Below, piece after piece: positions 9,780 to 19,150 of a stretch of 64,000 nt of DNA. A model generated the notes under the pieces. The model did not search any database. It was not told the DNA's origin and saw only the letters and a program-made list of their open reading frames with translations. Positions within the stretch are counted from its first letter, which is position 1. Each line of letters opens with the position of its first letter. The position numbers were made by a program, and so were the translations under genes. Source of the stretch: an uncultured Candidatus Saccharibacteria bacterium (GTDB taxonomy: Bacteria > Patescibacteriota > CPR2 > UBA1875 > CAIMLA01); the NCBI GenBank assembly GCA_964594415.1, contig CAZQLQ010000003.1, positions 6,224-70,223 of the forward strand, given 5' to 3'.

Positions 9780-9790
9780 TATCTTTTCCC

Positions 9791-9830
9791 AAAACAAAAA
9801 GCTCCAGACTTTTTATAGTTTGGAGCAAAT
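9791..9830 (-). terminator. Rho-independent terminator after hypothetical gene 9859..10398, containing a 16-bp tandem direct repeat
   Basis: Minus-strand hairpin gctccaaact-ataaaa-agtctggagc followed by uuuuuguuuu. tatagtttggagcaaa is repeated at 9815..9830 and 9831..9846. Confidence 0.5.
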
Positions 9831-9858
9831 TATAGTTTGGAGCAAAATCAAAAAAATA

Positions 9859-10398
9859 TTATAGTGTCATTCGTAAATTTACGACTGGATATTTTCTCAG
9901 AGAATCAACAAAGCAATTTGTCGCAAAGTCTATAGAACCTTGCTTTAGACGCTGGAAAAGTTTATAGGCTTCGCTTACGTCAAACCGTTGTAATGAATCA
10001 AGCTCACTAATTTCGTATGAGTTCGACTTTGCAAACTCCTCATATTCCTTAAGCAGCCTCGTATTAAGCTCCCCTGAAGGTTCCAAGAAAGCGAAATTGA
10101 ACAAATCTATCTCGGCAGAACAAACCCTTCCAACTACAATTGATTCTGGCATCCATGACAAGCAAACAGCGTTTATTTCCATGACACTTCTTCCGTCGGG
10201 AGTTAAGTAAACACTATAAAATCTCGGATCAGACTTCTTCTGAATTGCTGCCCTCATATAGATCTCTCTAAGATTATTAATTAGAAGCGATTTATTTATT
10301 TCTAGCAATACCCTCCAATCAATCGTGTTACTTCCGCAAATTGAAATTTCTTGCATCAAGCATATCCCTCCCTCAATATACAAATTCAACACCAACAA
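9859..10398 (-). CDS. Hypothetical protein (179 aa), no recognisable domain
   Basis: Long ORF with its own terminator and no recognisable motifs. The true start may be the internal Met (MQEISICGS). Confidence 0.45.
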   Translation of the reverse strand: MLVLNLYIEGGICLMQEISICGSNTIDWRVLLEINKSLLINNLREIYMRAAIQKKSDPRFYSVYLTPDGRSVMEINAVCLSWMPESIVVGRVCSAEIDLFNFAFLEPSGELNTRLLKEYEEFAKSNSYEISELDSLQRFDVSEAYKLFQRLKQGSIDFATNCFVDSLRKYPVVNLRMTL

Positions 10399-10484
10399 AA
10401 AATAATTATAATTTTCAAGCTACCACCTCTTATAGGTCATATTTCAGATGAAATGATAATAAACCAGCCATATACCATTTGCAA

Positions 10485-10513
10485 CACAAAAAAAACCCGC
10501 CTTTAGGCGGGTT
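10485..10513 (-). terminator. Rho-independent terminator after hypothetical gene 10503..11102
   Basis: aacccgcc-ttta-ggcgggtt hairpin with a U-run on the minus strand, overlapping the stop codon. Confidence 0.6.
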
Positions 10514-11102
10514 CACTAAGGTCTAACCAATTATCGTTTCTAAATTCTAACGGTTCTTTAAAAGCATGGATCATTTGTGCAAATTCTCTCAAGAAGTAAA
10601 GTTCCTCTGCGGTAAATTTTGCAGCTGACAGATATTCATCCGCAACTCTTTCTAGCATCGAAAAGGGTTGTGCCAAAATAACCCTTTCTCCGTCCCCATA
10701 GTATCTTTCTCTGTCCCCCGATACTATTAGTTGGTGATTAATCAGCGCATTATAAAGAGTTATAACCAGATAAGTGTTTCTTGCTTTATATCTGACAGAC
10801 AAACAATATTGTTCCAGCTCTTCCTGAAAACGTGAGGGAAGATCAAAATACATTATTTCCTCAACAATTTCTGGCAATGATATGCAGTCAACGTAAATAG
10901 GTTCTTTTGATTGTGCGATTGACCCAAGAAAAATATTCGATAAATAAAATTTTTCTTGTAAAGTGACCGCGGGACCAATACTTTTTGCTTTTGACCGAAA
11001 AAGCTCGGCAACTAGGGTTGGTAGACGAATAGACGGTCCTTGATTATCTCTTCCTTTCTTCAAGATTTTTTCGTTACTCTCCGCCCAGCTCAAATCCGGC
11101 AT
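10503..11102 (-). CDS. Hypothetical protein (199 aa), no recognisable domain
   Basis: Strong SD (AAAGGAGGG) upstream of the ATG at 11102 and a terminator downstream. No motif recognised. Confidence 0.5.
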   Translation of the reverse strand: MPDLSWAESNEKILKKGRDNQGPSIRLPTLVAELFRSKAKSIGPAVTLQEKFYLSNIFLGSIAQSKEPIYVDCISLPEIVEEIMYFDLPSRFQEELEQYCLSVRYKARNTYLVITLYNALINHQLIVSGDRERYYGDGERVILAQPFSMLERVADEYLSAAKFTAEELYFLREFAQMIHAFKEPLEFRNDNWLDLSEPA

Positions 11103-11324
11103 TTACCCATTGCCCTCCTTTCAAGGTACCCTCCGTACCGAAATAACCGAACAACTCACAATTAAAAGAATTATACGTATAAAATAAAAAAAAGTAAATC
11201 AAGGAAGATCTTTTGTTGTTTCAACCTAGTAGTCTCCTTGCCAAAACTGGCTTGTAATTTTTTGGTACTTCTACTCCAAATTTTTAACAAGCGAAGAATG
11301 CCGTATGATTCTTTTTTATAAATA

Positions 11325-11360
11325 AAAAGGATAGATTTGTTTCAATATCTATCCCTTGTA
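11325..11360 (-). terminator. Rho-independent terminator after hypothetical gene 11398..11868
   Basis: ggatagat-ttgtttcaa-tatctatcc hairpin followed by a U-run on the minus strand. Confidence 0.5.
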
Positions 11361-11397
11361 AAAATAAATTTTTAATATTCTAATGTAATTAAAAATA

Positions 11398-11868
11398 TTA
11401 GACTTGTTTTTGAGCTTTTAGTTTTTCTTCTTCATGAATTTTAAACAATAAGTTTTTTGCTTCTGTGTAAGCAAGCAGAACATCTAGCGGTAAAAAGGTT
11501 ACTATTGCATCACGCCACTTGTCGTCATAAAAACTCTCCCCTGGTGTATAAAACCAATCTGCAAAACCCTCTGTTCTTATAAGGGCATCCGGATAGTACT
11601 TAACTACATAGCCGTCATAGATGTTTATAAACCTAGCTTCCTTTACGCCTCTTTCCCTTGAAATTTTAACAATTTCCAGAGCATACCTGATTAGTCCTTT
11701 CTCGCTAATGCAAATCGGTTTTTTGCCTTCTTCTCTTAAGGCGAAAAGAGCCATTAGCGCAACTTGATTTGAAAAAATAGTATAGTTGCCCAGGATTTCT
11801 GTTAAGTTCACTGACCAATCTGACAAACTCCAACACCTCCAATATGTTTTTATATATTTTATTGACAA
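11398..11868 (-). CDS. Hypothetical protein (156 aa), no recognisable domain
   Basis: ORF with a downstream terminator. No motif recognised. Confidence 0.45.
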   Translation of the reverse strand: MSIKYIKTYWRCWSLSDWSVNLTEILGNYTIFSNQVALMALFALREEGKKPICISEKGLIRYALEIVKISRERGVKEARFINIYDGYVVKYYPDALIRTEGFADWFYTPGESFYDDKWRDAIVTFLPLDVLLAYTEAKNLLFKIHEEEKLKAQKQV

Positions 11869-11975
11869 GATACAACATTACTTTAAAGCCGCTTGAATTC
11901 TATCACTAAAAGCTAGACTTTTAAATTAAGAAGTTACTGTATGGCCTACTTTCTGGTTCGCATCGCCAGAGCTTC

Positions 11976-12015
11976 AGAAGAAAATAATCCACCAGGTGGT
12001 GGATTATTTTCTTCT
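11976..12015. repeat. 18-bp perfect inverted repeat (hairpin) abutting the 3' end of tRNA-Ile2
   Basis: agaagaaaataatccacc-aggt-ggtggattattttcttct. The 3' arm ends at the first nucleotide of the tRNA CCA end. Confidence 0.6.
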
Positions 12016-12090
12016 GGTGGGCCCGGCTGGATTTGAACCAGCGACCAATCGGTTATGAGCCGACTGCTCTAACCACTGAGCTACGGGCCC
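12015..12090 (-). tRNA. tRNA-Ile2 (anticodon CAT, lysidine type, k2CAU)
   Basis: The reverse complement is GGGCCCGTAGCTCAGTGGTTAGAGCAGTCGGCTCATAACCGATTGGTCGCTGGTTCAAATCCAGCCGGGCCCACCA. It carries the C4:G69 and C5:G68 TilS identity pairs and a TGGTCGCTGGTTCAA T-arm very like E. coli tRNA-Ile2. CCA encoded. Confidence 0.75.
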
Positions 12091-12354
12091 TCGTTAAAAT
12101 TCGCTATCAGGCTACATAAATATTTACTCTATTTATTTCACCTTTTCGCAATTTTTCCTCTTCCCCTAAAAATCTACGATTTTTGGGGACCCCTTTATTC
12201 AAGAAGGGCCGACGAAGTTTTGCCAATTAGATTTTTGAAAAGAACCTTTCGGTTCTCGCTGGTGTATTATAGCAAATTTTTATCCCTTTTAGCAACCGCA
12301 TTATCAAGCACGATTTATATTCAATTCAGAGCGAAAAGATGGTAAAATATAAGC

Positions 12355-13710
12355 GTGAATAGTTTGATTACGAAATTTAAGGAAAATTTAAAGGTCTGCA
12401 ACATAAAAAATGGGCAGACTATTATTCTCGCTGTTTCTGGAGGAATTGACTCAGTCACAATGTTAGATCTATTTCTATCAGTGAAAAAAGATTATGCCCT
12501 TAAGTTAGTTGTCGCCCATCTAAATCACAGTGTCAGGGAAGATTCGGATACAGATGAGAGGTTTGTAAAAAGTCTGGCGAAAAAGAACAAACTTACTTTT
12601 GTCAGCAAGAAAATTAATCCTTCGAAAACAGGGAATCTAGAAGAGGAGCTAAGAAACGAAAGAAAAATATTTTTAAGCCAATGCGCCGAAAGCTTCAATG
12701 CCGACTACATTTCTTTGGCACATAACAAAAACGACCAGGCAGAAACATTCTTTCTCAACCTAATCCGTGGAAGTGGTCCTGCAGGCTTAAGCGCCATGAA
12801 TCTTACAGATGGAAAGAATATTCGTCCCCTGCTTAACATTTCCCGTGATGATATTAAAAATTATGCGGAAAAAAAGAAATTAGAATGGCACGAGGACAGC
12901 ACAAATAAAGATGTTCGCTACAGCCGTAATCTTCTTAGATTGAAGATATTACCCGAACTTGAAAAAATAAACCCAGAATGGCTTGAAAACATATTTCGGA
13001 CGGCACAGATTCAAAGAGAGATCGATGTTTTTATGAAAAAAGAGGCAGGAGAGATCATTAAAAATAAATCGACTCTCGATGTTAATCAGCTGAAAAAATT
13101 AGAGGATCCTCTACTCTTTGAGATTCTTGGGATATCTTATGAACGCAAAAAGGGCGACCGTAAAGAACTGTCACTGAAGAACTTGCAGGATTTGAAAAAT
13201 TTAATTCAGAAAACGGGCGGGACAAAGAAGTTAAATTTACCAAAAAATATTACGGCAGTAAGAAGCTATGCCAATCTTGATTTTTTGGCAAAAAAAGAGG
13301 ATAATAAAGAACCGGTGTTGCTACATTCAAAAGCTATTAAAATCGGAAAAACCGTATTCAACGATTGGGTAATTACTGCCAAAGTAGCTGCCAAATCAAC
13401 CACGCCAGATAAAGAAACAATATTTATCGAGCTCGATAGCTTGAAAGACATAGAAATCCGAACAAGAAAAAGCGGAGATAAAATAGTAATAGAAGGCGTT
13501 GGGACAAAAAAATTACAAGACATCTTCGTTGATTCAAAAGTAGATTTGAATAAACGTAAAATCTGGCCGGTTGTATATGATAGAAATGAAGATAAGATAA
13601 TCTGGATTCCAGGACTAGAATCAACTAGAAGATTACTGCCAGAAAAAAACAGAAATATTATCAAACTAACAGCAAAGGAAGTATTAGATGAAAAAGCAAA
13701 CAAAATATAA
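12355..13710 (+). CDS. tilS: tRNA(Ile)-lysidine synthetase TilS
   Basis: PP-loop SGGxDS motif (LAVSGGIDSVTMLDLF) with a C-terminal tRNA-binding extension. Apparent GTG start at 12355, preceded by an extended -10 (TGGTAAAAT at 12338..12346). Confidence 0.9.
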   Translation: MNSLITKFKENLKVCNIKNGQTIILAVSGGIDSVTMLDLFLSVKKDYALKLVVAHLNHSVREDSDTDERFVKSLAKKNKLTFVSKKINPSKTGNLEEELRNERKIFLSQCAESFNADYISLAHNKNDQAETFFLNLIRGSGPAGLSAMNLTDGKNIRPLLNISRDDIKNYAEKKKLEWHEDSTNKDVRYSRNLLRLKILPELEKINPEWLENIFRTAQIQREIDVFMKKEAGEIIKNKSTLDVNQLKKLEDPLLFEILGISYERKKGDRKELSLKNLQDLKNLIQKTGGTKKLNLPKNITAVRSYANLDFLAKKEDNKEPVLLHSKAIKIGKTVFNDWVITAKVAAKSTTPDKETIFIELDSLKDIEIRTRKSGDKIVIEGVGTKKLQDIFVDSKVDLNKRKIWPVVYDRNEDKIIWIPGLESTRRLLPEKNRNIIKLTAKEVLDEKANKI

Positions 13711-15502
13711 CAATTTTATTATTTTTATAGTAATCGTATTAATGCTTGCTGTTGGCTATACCTTGATGGGACAAACCTCAAAGCCTGAAAAAGTCGCGAT
13801 AAGCAAGATAGCCGAAGAAGTAAAGGCAGGAAATATTAAGTCCATTACCGTAAACGGCACTCAAATAACAGCTGAAACCACTGATGACAAGAAGATTACT
13901 TCTGAAATTGGCGAAAACACTGACATTACTACAACGCTAAAGGACCTGGGAGCCGATCCTAGCAAGGTAACTCTAGATATCAAGCCAAACACAAGCAATT
14001 CCATCTGGGTCGCTGTTCTTACAAGCTTGGTCCCATTTGTTCTGATAATCGTATTTTTCTATATTATCTTAAAGCAAGCTCAGGGAGGTAACAACCAAGC
14101 ACTTTCTTTCGGAAAGTCGCAAGCCAGACTCGCTGATGCAAGCGCTCAAAAAGTTACTTTTGCAGATGTGGCCGGTTCAACCGAAGCAAAACAAGAATTG
14201 ACAGAAGTCGTAGAGTTCTTAAAATTTCCTAAAAAGTTCACTACACTAGGTGCCAAGGTTCCAAGAGGAGTATTGCTTTACGGTCCTCCAGGAACTGGAA
14301 AGACCCTACTCGCCAAGGCGGTAGCCGGTGAGGCTGGAGTTCCGTTTTTCTCGATTTCCGGTTCAGAATTCGTAGAAATGTTTGTTGGCGTAGGCGCGTC
14401 AAGAGTGCGAGATCTTTTTTCAAAAGCAAAGAAGAATGCTCCATGCATTATATTCATAGACGAAATAGACGCTGTTGGGCGACAAAGAGGAACTGGAATG
14501 GGTGGATCCCACGACGAAAGAGAGCAAACACTAAATCAAATACTTGTTGAGATGGATGGCTTTGAAACTGACACAAACGTAATCGTAATGGCGGCCACGA
14601 ATCGGCCTGACGTGCTAGATCCGGCATTACTTCGCCCTGGAAGGTTTGATCGCCGAGTAATTTTGGCTCTGCCTGACATAGAAGAAAGAGATGCCATACT
14701 CAAGGTTCACGCTAAGAACAAACCCCTCGCAAAAAATGTAGATTTGCATACAATTTCTAGACAAACTCCTGGTTTTTCAGGCGCAGATCTTGCGAATATC
14801 CTAAATGAAGCTGCTATTCTGGCAGCACGCGAGAATGCCAAGAATATTTCTATGAATAATATCGAGAAGGCAGTAGAAAAAGTATTTTTAGGCCCAGAAC
14901 GCAAGAGTTCGGTTTTAACCGAGAAGGAGAAGAAGATCACCGCCTATCATGAAGCAGGACACGCAGTAATAGGCCACTTGCTAGCTCACACCGATCCTAT
15001 TCACAAGATATCTATTATCTCAAGAGGTATGGCGCTTGGTGTCACCTGGAGCTTACCTTTAGAAGATAAAAAACTGAGATCAAAAGCAGAGCTAGAAGAT
15101 GAGATTGCGATGCTTCTTGGCGGTAGAGCTGCAGAAAAGCTGATATTTAAAGATATTACTACTGGTGCCTCAAATGATATGGAAACGGCAACAAAAATTG
15201 CTAGAGAGATGGTAACAAGATACGGAATGAGCGAAAAGCTTGGAAACAGAGTTTACGGACGAAAAAATGAACTAGTATTCCTTGGCAAGGAGTTGGGAGA
15301 ACACGATAAGGACTATTCAGAAGAAGTAGCAGCGGAAATAGACACCGAGGTATCAAAAATCATAGATAGCGCTTACAGGCTTGCTGAAAAAACGATAGAA
15401 AAGAATAAGGCAAAGCTAGAAAAAATAGCAACAAAGCTTCTAGAAAAAGAAACAATCGAGGCGGATGAATTCAAGACCCTTATGGGTACTGCTAAGGCTT
15501 AA
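13688..15502 (+). CDS. ftsH: ATP-dependent zinc metalloprotease FtsH
   Basis: N-terminal TM helices, Walker [12 protein letters not shown] region and HEAGHA zinc motif. Overlaps the tilS stop by 23 nt. Confidence 0.95.
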   Translation: MKKQTKYNNFIIFIVIVLMLAVGYTLMGQTSKPEKVAISKIAEEVKAGNIKSITVNGTQITAETTDDKKITSEIGENTDITTTLKDLGADPSKVTLDIKPNTSNSIWVAVLTSLVPFVLIIVFFYIILKQAQGGNNQALSFGKSQARLADASAQKVTFADVAGSTEAKQELTEVVEFLKFPKKFTTLGAKVPRGVLLYGPPGTGKTLLAKAVAGEAGVPFFSISGSEFVEMFVGVGASRVRDLFSKAKKNAPCIIFIDEIDAVGRQRGTGMGGSHDEREQTLNQILVEMDGFETDTNVIVMAATNRPDVLDPALLRPGRFDRRVILALPDIEERDAILKVHAKNKPLAKNVDLHTISRQTPGFSGADLANILNEAAILAARENAKNISMNNIEKAVEKVFLGPERKSSVLTEKEKKITAYHEAGHAVIGHLLAHTDPIHKISIISRGMALGVTWSLPLEDKKLRSKAELEDEIAMLLGGRAAEKLIFKDITTGASNDMETATKIAREMVTRYGMSEKLGNRVYGRKNELVFLGKELGEHDKDYSEEVAAEIDTEVSKIIDSAYRLAEKTIEKNKAKLEKIATKLLEKETIEADEFKTLMGTAKA

Positions 15503-17130
15503 TGGAAAGAGTTAGAAAATTTTGGTATTTTATCTCGAATAAAAAGCTGACAATTGGAAATGCAGCGGTAGTCTTGGGTGTTACTGGCCTAATCTCTAAT
15601 GTGCTTGGATTATACAGAGAAAGAATGATTGCGGGTACATTCGGCGCAGGCCCAATGACCGACGCCTTTTATGCATCATTCAGACTCCCAGATATGATAT
15701 TCAACTTGTTAATACTAGGTGCTCTCTCAAGCGCTTTCATACCCGTGTTTGTTGAAAAGGTTACTGAAGGCGAAAATGATGAGGCCAATTGCATAGCTAA
15801 CTCATTTTTGAATTTCATATTAATAGCCGTAATTGTCTTTGGAATCGTTATTTTCATATTAGCACCCCAATTAGTCCCTTTCTTGTTTCCAGGTTTTTTT
15901 AATAATTCAGATCAAATAGATTTTAATATCTATCAAACAACAGTAAATATGACAAGAATCTTAATAATCTCTCCGATTATCTTTTCGATTTCAAATGTAT
16001 TTGGAGGAATTCTAAACTCCCACAAAAGATTTATTGCTTATTCTATAGCGCCTCTCGTTTACAATCTTGCAATTATCATTTCTATTATTTTTTTCGCCGA
16101 CAAGCTTGAAACTCCTATATACGTTCTAACTTTCGGGGTTCTTGCGGGAGCCTTATGCCACCTACTTATACAGCTTCCTTCCGTCTTAAGCACAGGATAC
16201 AGATGGAAACCAGAAATAAATTTTAAGAAAGGGCAGGTTGCAAGGATACTCAAGCTTATGGCTCCTCGAGTTCTTGCGATAGGTGTGAATCAGATAAACC
16301 TTTTCGTTGATACTATTATTGCTTCTTTTTTTGTCGGAGGAATTACTGTACTTAATTTTGCAAACAATATTCAGACTGCCCCTACTGTGATTTTTGGGAT
16401 ATCTATTGCAACAGCTATTTTTCCGGTTCTCTCTGAAGCAAAAGCAAAAAATGATATGGCAGATTTTATGAAAAACTTTTCTTGGAGTGCTAGAAGAATT
16501 TTGTTTTTTATGATACCTTCCACAATTGGAATTATCGTACTCAGAGCTCAAATAGTCCGTCTAATCTATGGTATCGGTCATTTTTCTTGGGACAATACGT
16601 ACTGGACTACCAAAGTCCTTCTGTTTTTCTCTTTCGGGCTGATAGCACAAGCGATTATCCCTCTTCTAGTAAGAGCTTTTTACGCAATCCAAGACACCAA
16701 GACCCCATTTTATATCAGTCTTGTAGTGATGGTGGTAAATGCTGTTTTGTCTGTTACTCTTCCATCTATTGAGTCGCTTCAACTTGGAGTTGCAGGAATT
16801 GCCCTCGCTTTTTCAATCGCTGGAATAATAAATGCAATTCTCCTGGTCTTCTATTTGCACGAGAAAATTGGTGCTTTTGATAAAGATAATAAGATTTTTG
16901 AATCAACTTCTAGACTAGTGATCGCATCCTTTTTGATGGGATTAGCAACCTATGGATCTCTTTATTTGTTTGATATTTTTGTGAATACTGCTTTTGTGTG
17001 GGGACTTCTCGCACAAACCTTTGGTGCAATTTTTGTTGGAGTATTTACTTACTTTATTCTTACCTGGTTATTCAAGTGCGAAGAGACCGTCTATCTTTTG
17101 AGAAAGTTCAAAATTATTGGAAAGATATAA
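15502..17130 (+). CDS. murJ: Lipid II flippase MurJ (MviN)
   Basis: 542-aa protein with about 14 TM helices and the MurJ/MviN N-terminal signature (RERMIAGTFGAGPMTDAFYASFRLPD). Confidence 0.85.
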   Translation: MERVRKFWYFISNKKLTIGNAAVVLGVTGLISNVLGLYRERMIAGTFGAGPMTDAFYASFRLPDMIFNLLILGALSSAFIPVFVEKVTEGENDEANCIANSFLNFILIAVIVFGIVIFILAPQLVPFLFPGFFNNSDQIDFNIYQTTVNMTRILIISPIIFSISNVFGGILNSHKRFIAYSIAPLVYNLAIIISIIFFADKLETPIYVLTFGVLAGALCHLLIQLPSVLSTGYRWKPEINFKKGQVARILKLMAPRVLAIGVNQINLFVDTIIASFFVGGITVLNFANNIQTAPTVIFGISIATAIFPVLSEAKAKNDMADFMKNFSWSARRILFFMIPSTIGIIVLRAQIVRLIYGIGHFSWDNTYWTTKVLLFFSFGLIAQAIIPLLVRAFYAIQDTKTPFYISLVVMVVNAVLSVTLPSIESLQLGVAGIALAFSIAGIINAILLVFYLHEKIGAFDKDNKIFESTSRLVIASFLMGLATYGSLYLFDIFVNTAFVWGLLAQTFGAIFVGVFTYFILTWLFKCEETVYLLRKFKIIGKI

Positions 17131-18912
17131 ATGAATCAAGATAGAATTAGAAACTTTTGTATAATCGCCCACATAGATCACGGTAAATCAACGCTAGCTG
17201 ACCGTTTTTTAGAAATAACAGGGACAATTGAAAAAAGAGATATGAAAAGTCAGGTATTAGATACTATGGAGCTTGAGCAAGAACGCGGCATAACTATCAA
17301 ACTGCAGCCAGCTAGAATGGAATACAAGGGACATATATTAAATCTAATTGATACACCTGGACATGTCGACTTCACCTATGAAGTTTCTCGGTCTCTTGCA
17401 GCCGTGGAGGGCGCAATATTAGTTGTAGACGCCTCACAAGGAATAGAGGCACAAACGCTTTCAAATATATATCTTGCGATGGAACATAATCTCGAAATTA
17501 TACCTGTAGTAAACAAGATCGACCTTCCTCACGCAGAGCCAGAAAAAGTTGCAAAGGAAATAATCGACCTTCTAGGAGTAAGGCATGAAGAGATTATTTT
17601 TGCTTCAGGTAAAACCGGCGAGGGAGTTGCTGATATTCTAGATGCAATTATTGATAGATTTCCCGCACCTTCAGGGGATCAAAATGGTCCTTTTCGCGCA
17701 CTAATATTCGATTCTTTTTATGACTCATACAAAGGAGTAGTTACTTATGCTCGAGTAGTTGACGGATCGCTACCAAAAGGTACCAGGCTTTATATGATGG
17801 GGACCAAAAGCACTGCAGAAGCACTTGAAATCGGCTATATGAGGCCAAAGCTTTCTCCAGAAAAAAGGATTGAATGCGGAGAAATCGGGTACATAGTTAC
17901 TGGGCTCAAGGATGTTTCTGAAGCCAGAGTTGGAGATACAGTAACAATTCTTGGCGAAAAGAGTGCTGAGGCCCTACCAGGGTACAAAAAAGTAAAACCA
18001 TTTGTGTTTGCCGGTATTTACACGACCGAAGGGGATGATTTTCCACTTCTTAGAACTGCTCTAGGAAAACTGTCGCTTTCTGATTCATCCCTTCAATATG
18101 AACCGGAGAATTCAAGTGCTCTCGGATTCGGTTTCCGTTGCGGATTTTTGGGACTGTTACACATGGAGATAATCAAAGAACGACTGGAAAGAGAATTCAA
18201 CCTCGATCTGCTCGTTACTACCCCATCTGTTTCTTACGAGGTCATTAAGAACAATAAAGAACTTGTTGCTCTAAATAGCCCAGCAGAGTTACCTGACAGG
18301 TCGCAGATATTTGAGATTAGAGAGCCCTGGACCAAGACCGAAATAGTAACTCCCACAGAATACATAGGCAATGTTATGGAACTAATAAGCAGTCATAGAG
18401 GAATATTCAATTCGATAGATTATCTCGAAGAAACTCGCGTAATTATAAAAGCAGAGCTACCGCTCTCACAAATTGTCACTGATTTTTATGACAGTTTAAA
18501 AAGTATTTCTAGCGGCTACGCTTCTATGAACTACGAATTTACAGGCTATCGCGCTGGAGATTTGGTAAAACTAGATATTTTTGTCGCAGAAACCCCTGTT
18601 GACACACTATCCTTGCTCGTTCATCGCAGTGAAGCACAATCCGTAGGGAAAAATATAGTAGAAAGACTAAAAGATCTCATACCTAGGCAGCTCTTTAAGG
18701 TCGCCCTTCAGGCTGCAATCGGCGGAAAGATAATTGCCCGCGAAGATATTCCTGCTATGCGAAAAGATGTAACTGCGAAGCTTTACGGCGGTGATATCTC
18801 CAGAAAAATGAAACTTCTAAACAAACAAAAGGAAGGGAAAAAGAAAATGAAGCGCCTCGGCAAAGTCGACATCCCTTCGAATGTCTTTATGGAGCTACTA
18901 AAGCGAAACTAA
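17131..18912 (+). CDS. lepA: Elongation factor 4 (LepA)
   Basis: G1 motif AHIDHGKST and DTPGHVDF, with the LepA-specific C-terminal domain. Its start abuts the murJ stop. Confidence 0.95.
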   Translation: MNQDRIRNFCIIAHIDHGKSTLADRFLEITGTIEKRDMKSQVLDTMELEQERGITIKLQPARMEYKGHILNLIDTPGHVDFTYEVSRSLAAVEGAILVVDASQGIEAQTLSNIYLAMEHNLEIIPVVNKIDLPHAEPEKVAKEIIDLLGVRHEEIIFASGKTGEGVADILDAIIDRFPAPSGDQNGPFRALIFDSFYDSYKGVVTYARVVDGSLPKGTRLYMMGTKSTAEALEIGYMRPKLSPEKRIECGEIGYIVTGLKDVSEARVGDTVTILGEKSAEALPGYKKVKPFVFAGIYTTEGDDFPLLRTALGKLSLSDSSLQYEPENSSALGFGFRCGFLGLLHMEIIKERLEREFNLDLLVTTPSVSYEVIKNNKELVALNSPAELPDRSQIFEIREPWTKTEIVTPTEYIGNVMELISSHRGIFNSIDYLEETRVIIKAELPLSQIVTDFYDSLKSISSGYASMNYEFTGYRAGDLVKLDIFVAETPVDTLSLLVHRSEAQSVGKNIVERLKDLIPRQLFKVALQAAIGGKIIAREDIPAMRKDVTAKLYGGDISRKMKLLNKQKEGKKKMKRLGKVDIPSNVFMELLKRN

Positions 18913-18974
18913 TATCCTTCAAATGCAATGAGAAGTTTTTTAAAATAGTTCTCTCTACGCTCGAACAATAAATA

Positions 18975-19150
18975 TTGTATCATCCTCGCACACGCGGGGA
19001 TCTACCTATATCTCTGCTTCGCCCAGCACTTTTTATAGTGCTGTGGTCATCCCGTCCGACGGCTCCGATGAGTTCGTGTCGGACTCCGTCGGAGAGCGAA
19101 GTCGAAGAATCTCATAATTTCAACCTCATTGACCTTGAGGTCTTTTTTTG
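18975..19150 (+). ncRNA. Candidate structured small RNA or tRNA-Asn leader (GC-rich, multiple hairpins, ends with a terminator)
   Basis: Local GC is well above the background. Nested inverted repeats (cagcact/agtgctg and gtccgacgg/ccgtcggag) end in the hairpin gacct-tga-ggtc plus T7 at about 19128..19150. No credible CDS is present; the track ORF here overlaps the tRNA. Confidence 0.25.

Noticed and set aside
13266-13703. Antisense ORFs within tilS (13266..13703, 13424..13624) and the other short overlapping ORFs in the track inside ftsH, murJ, atpA/B/D, hppA, hydA and the glycosyltransferase genes
   Set aside because: All are embedded in stronger, domain-supported ORFs on the opposite strand or in another frame. 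None has an SD or a recognisable motif.
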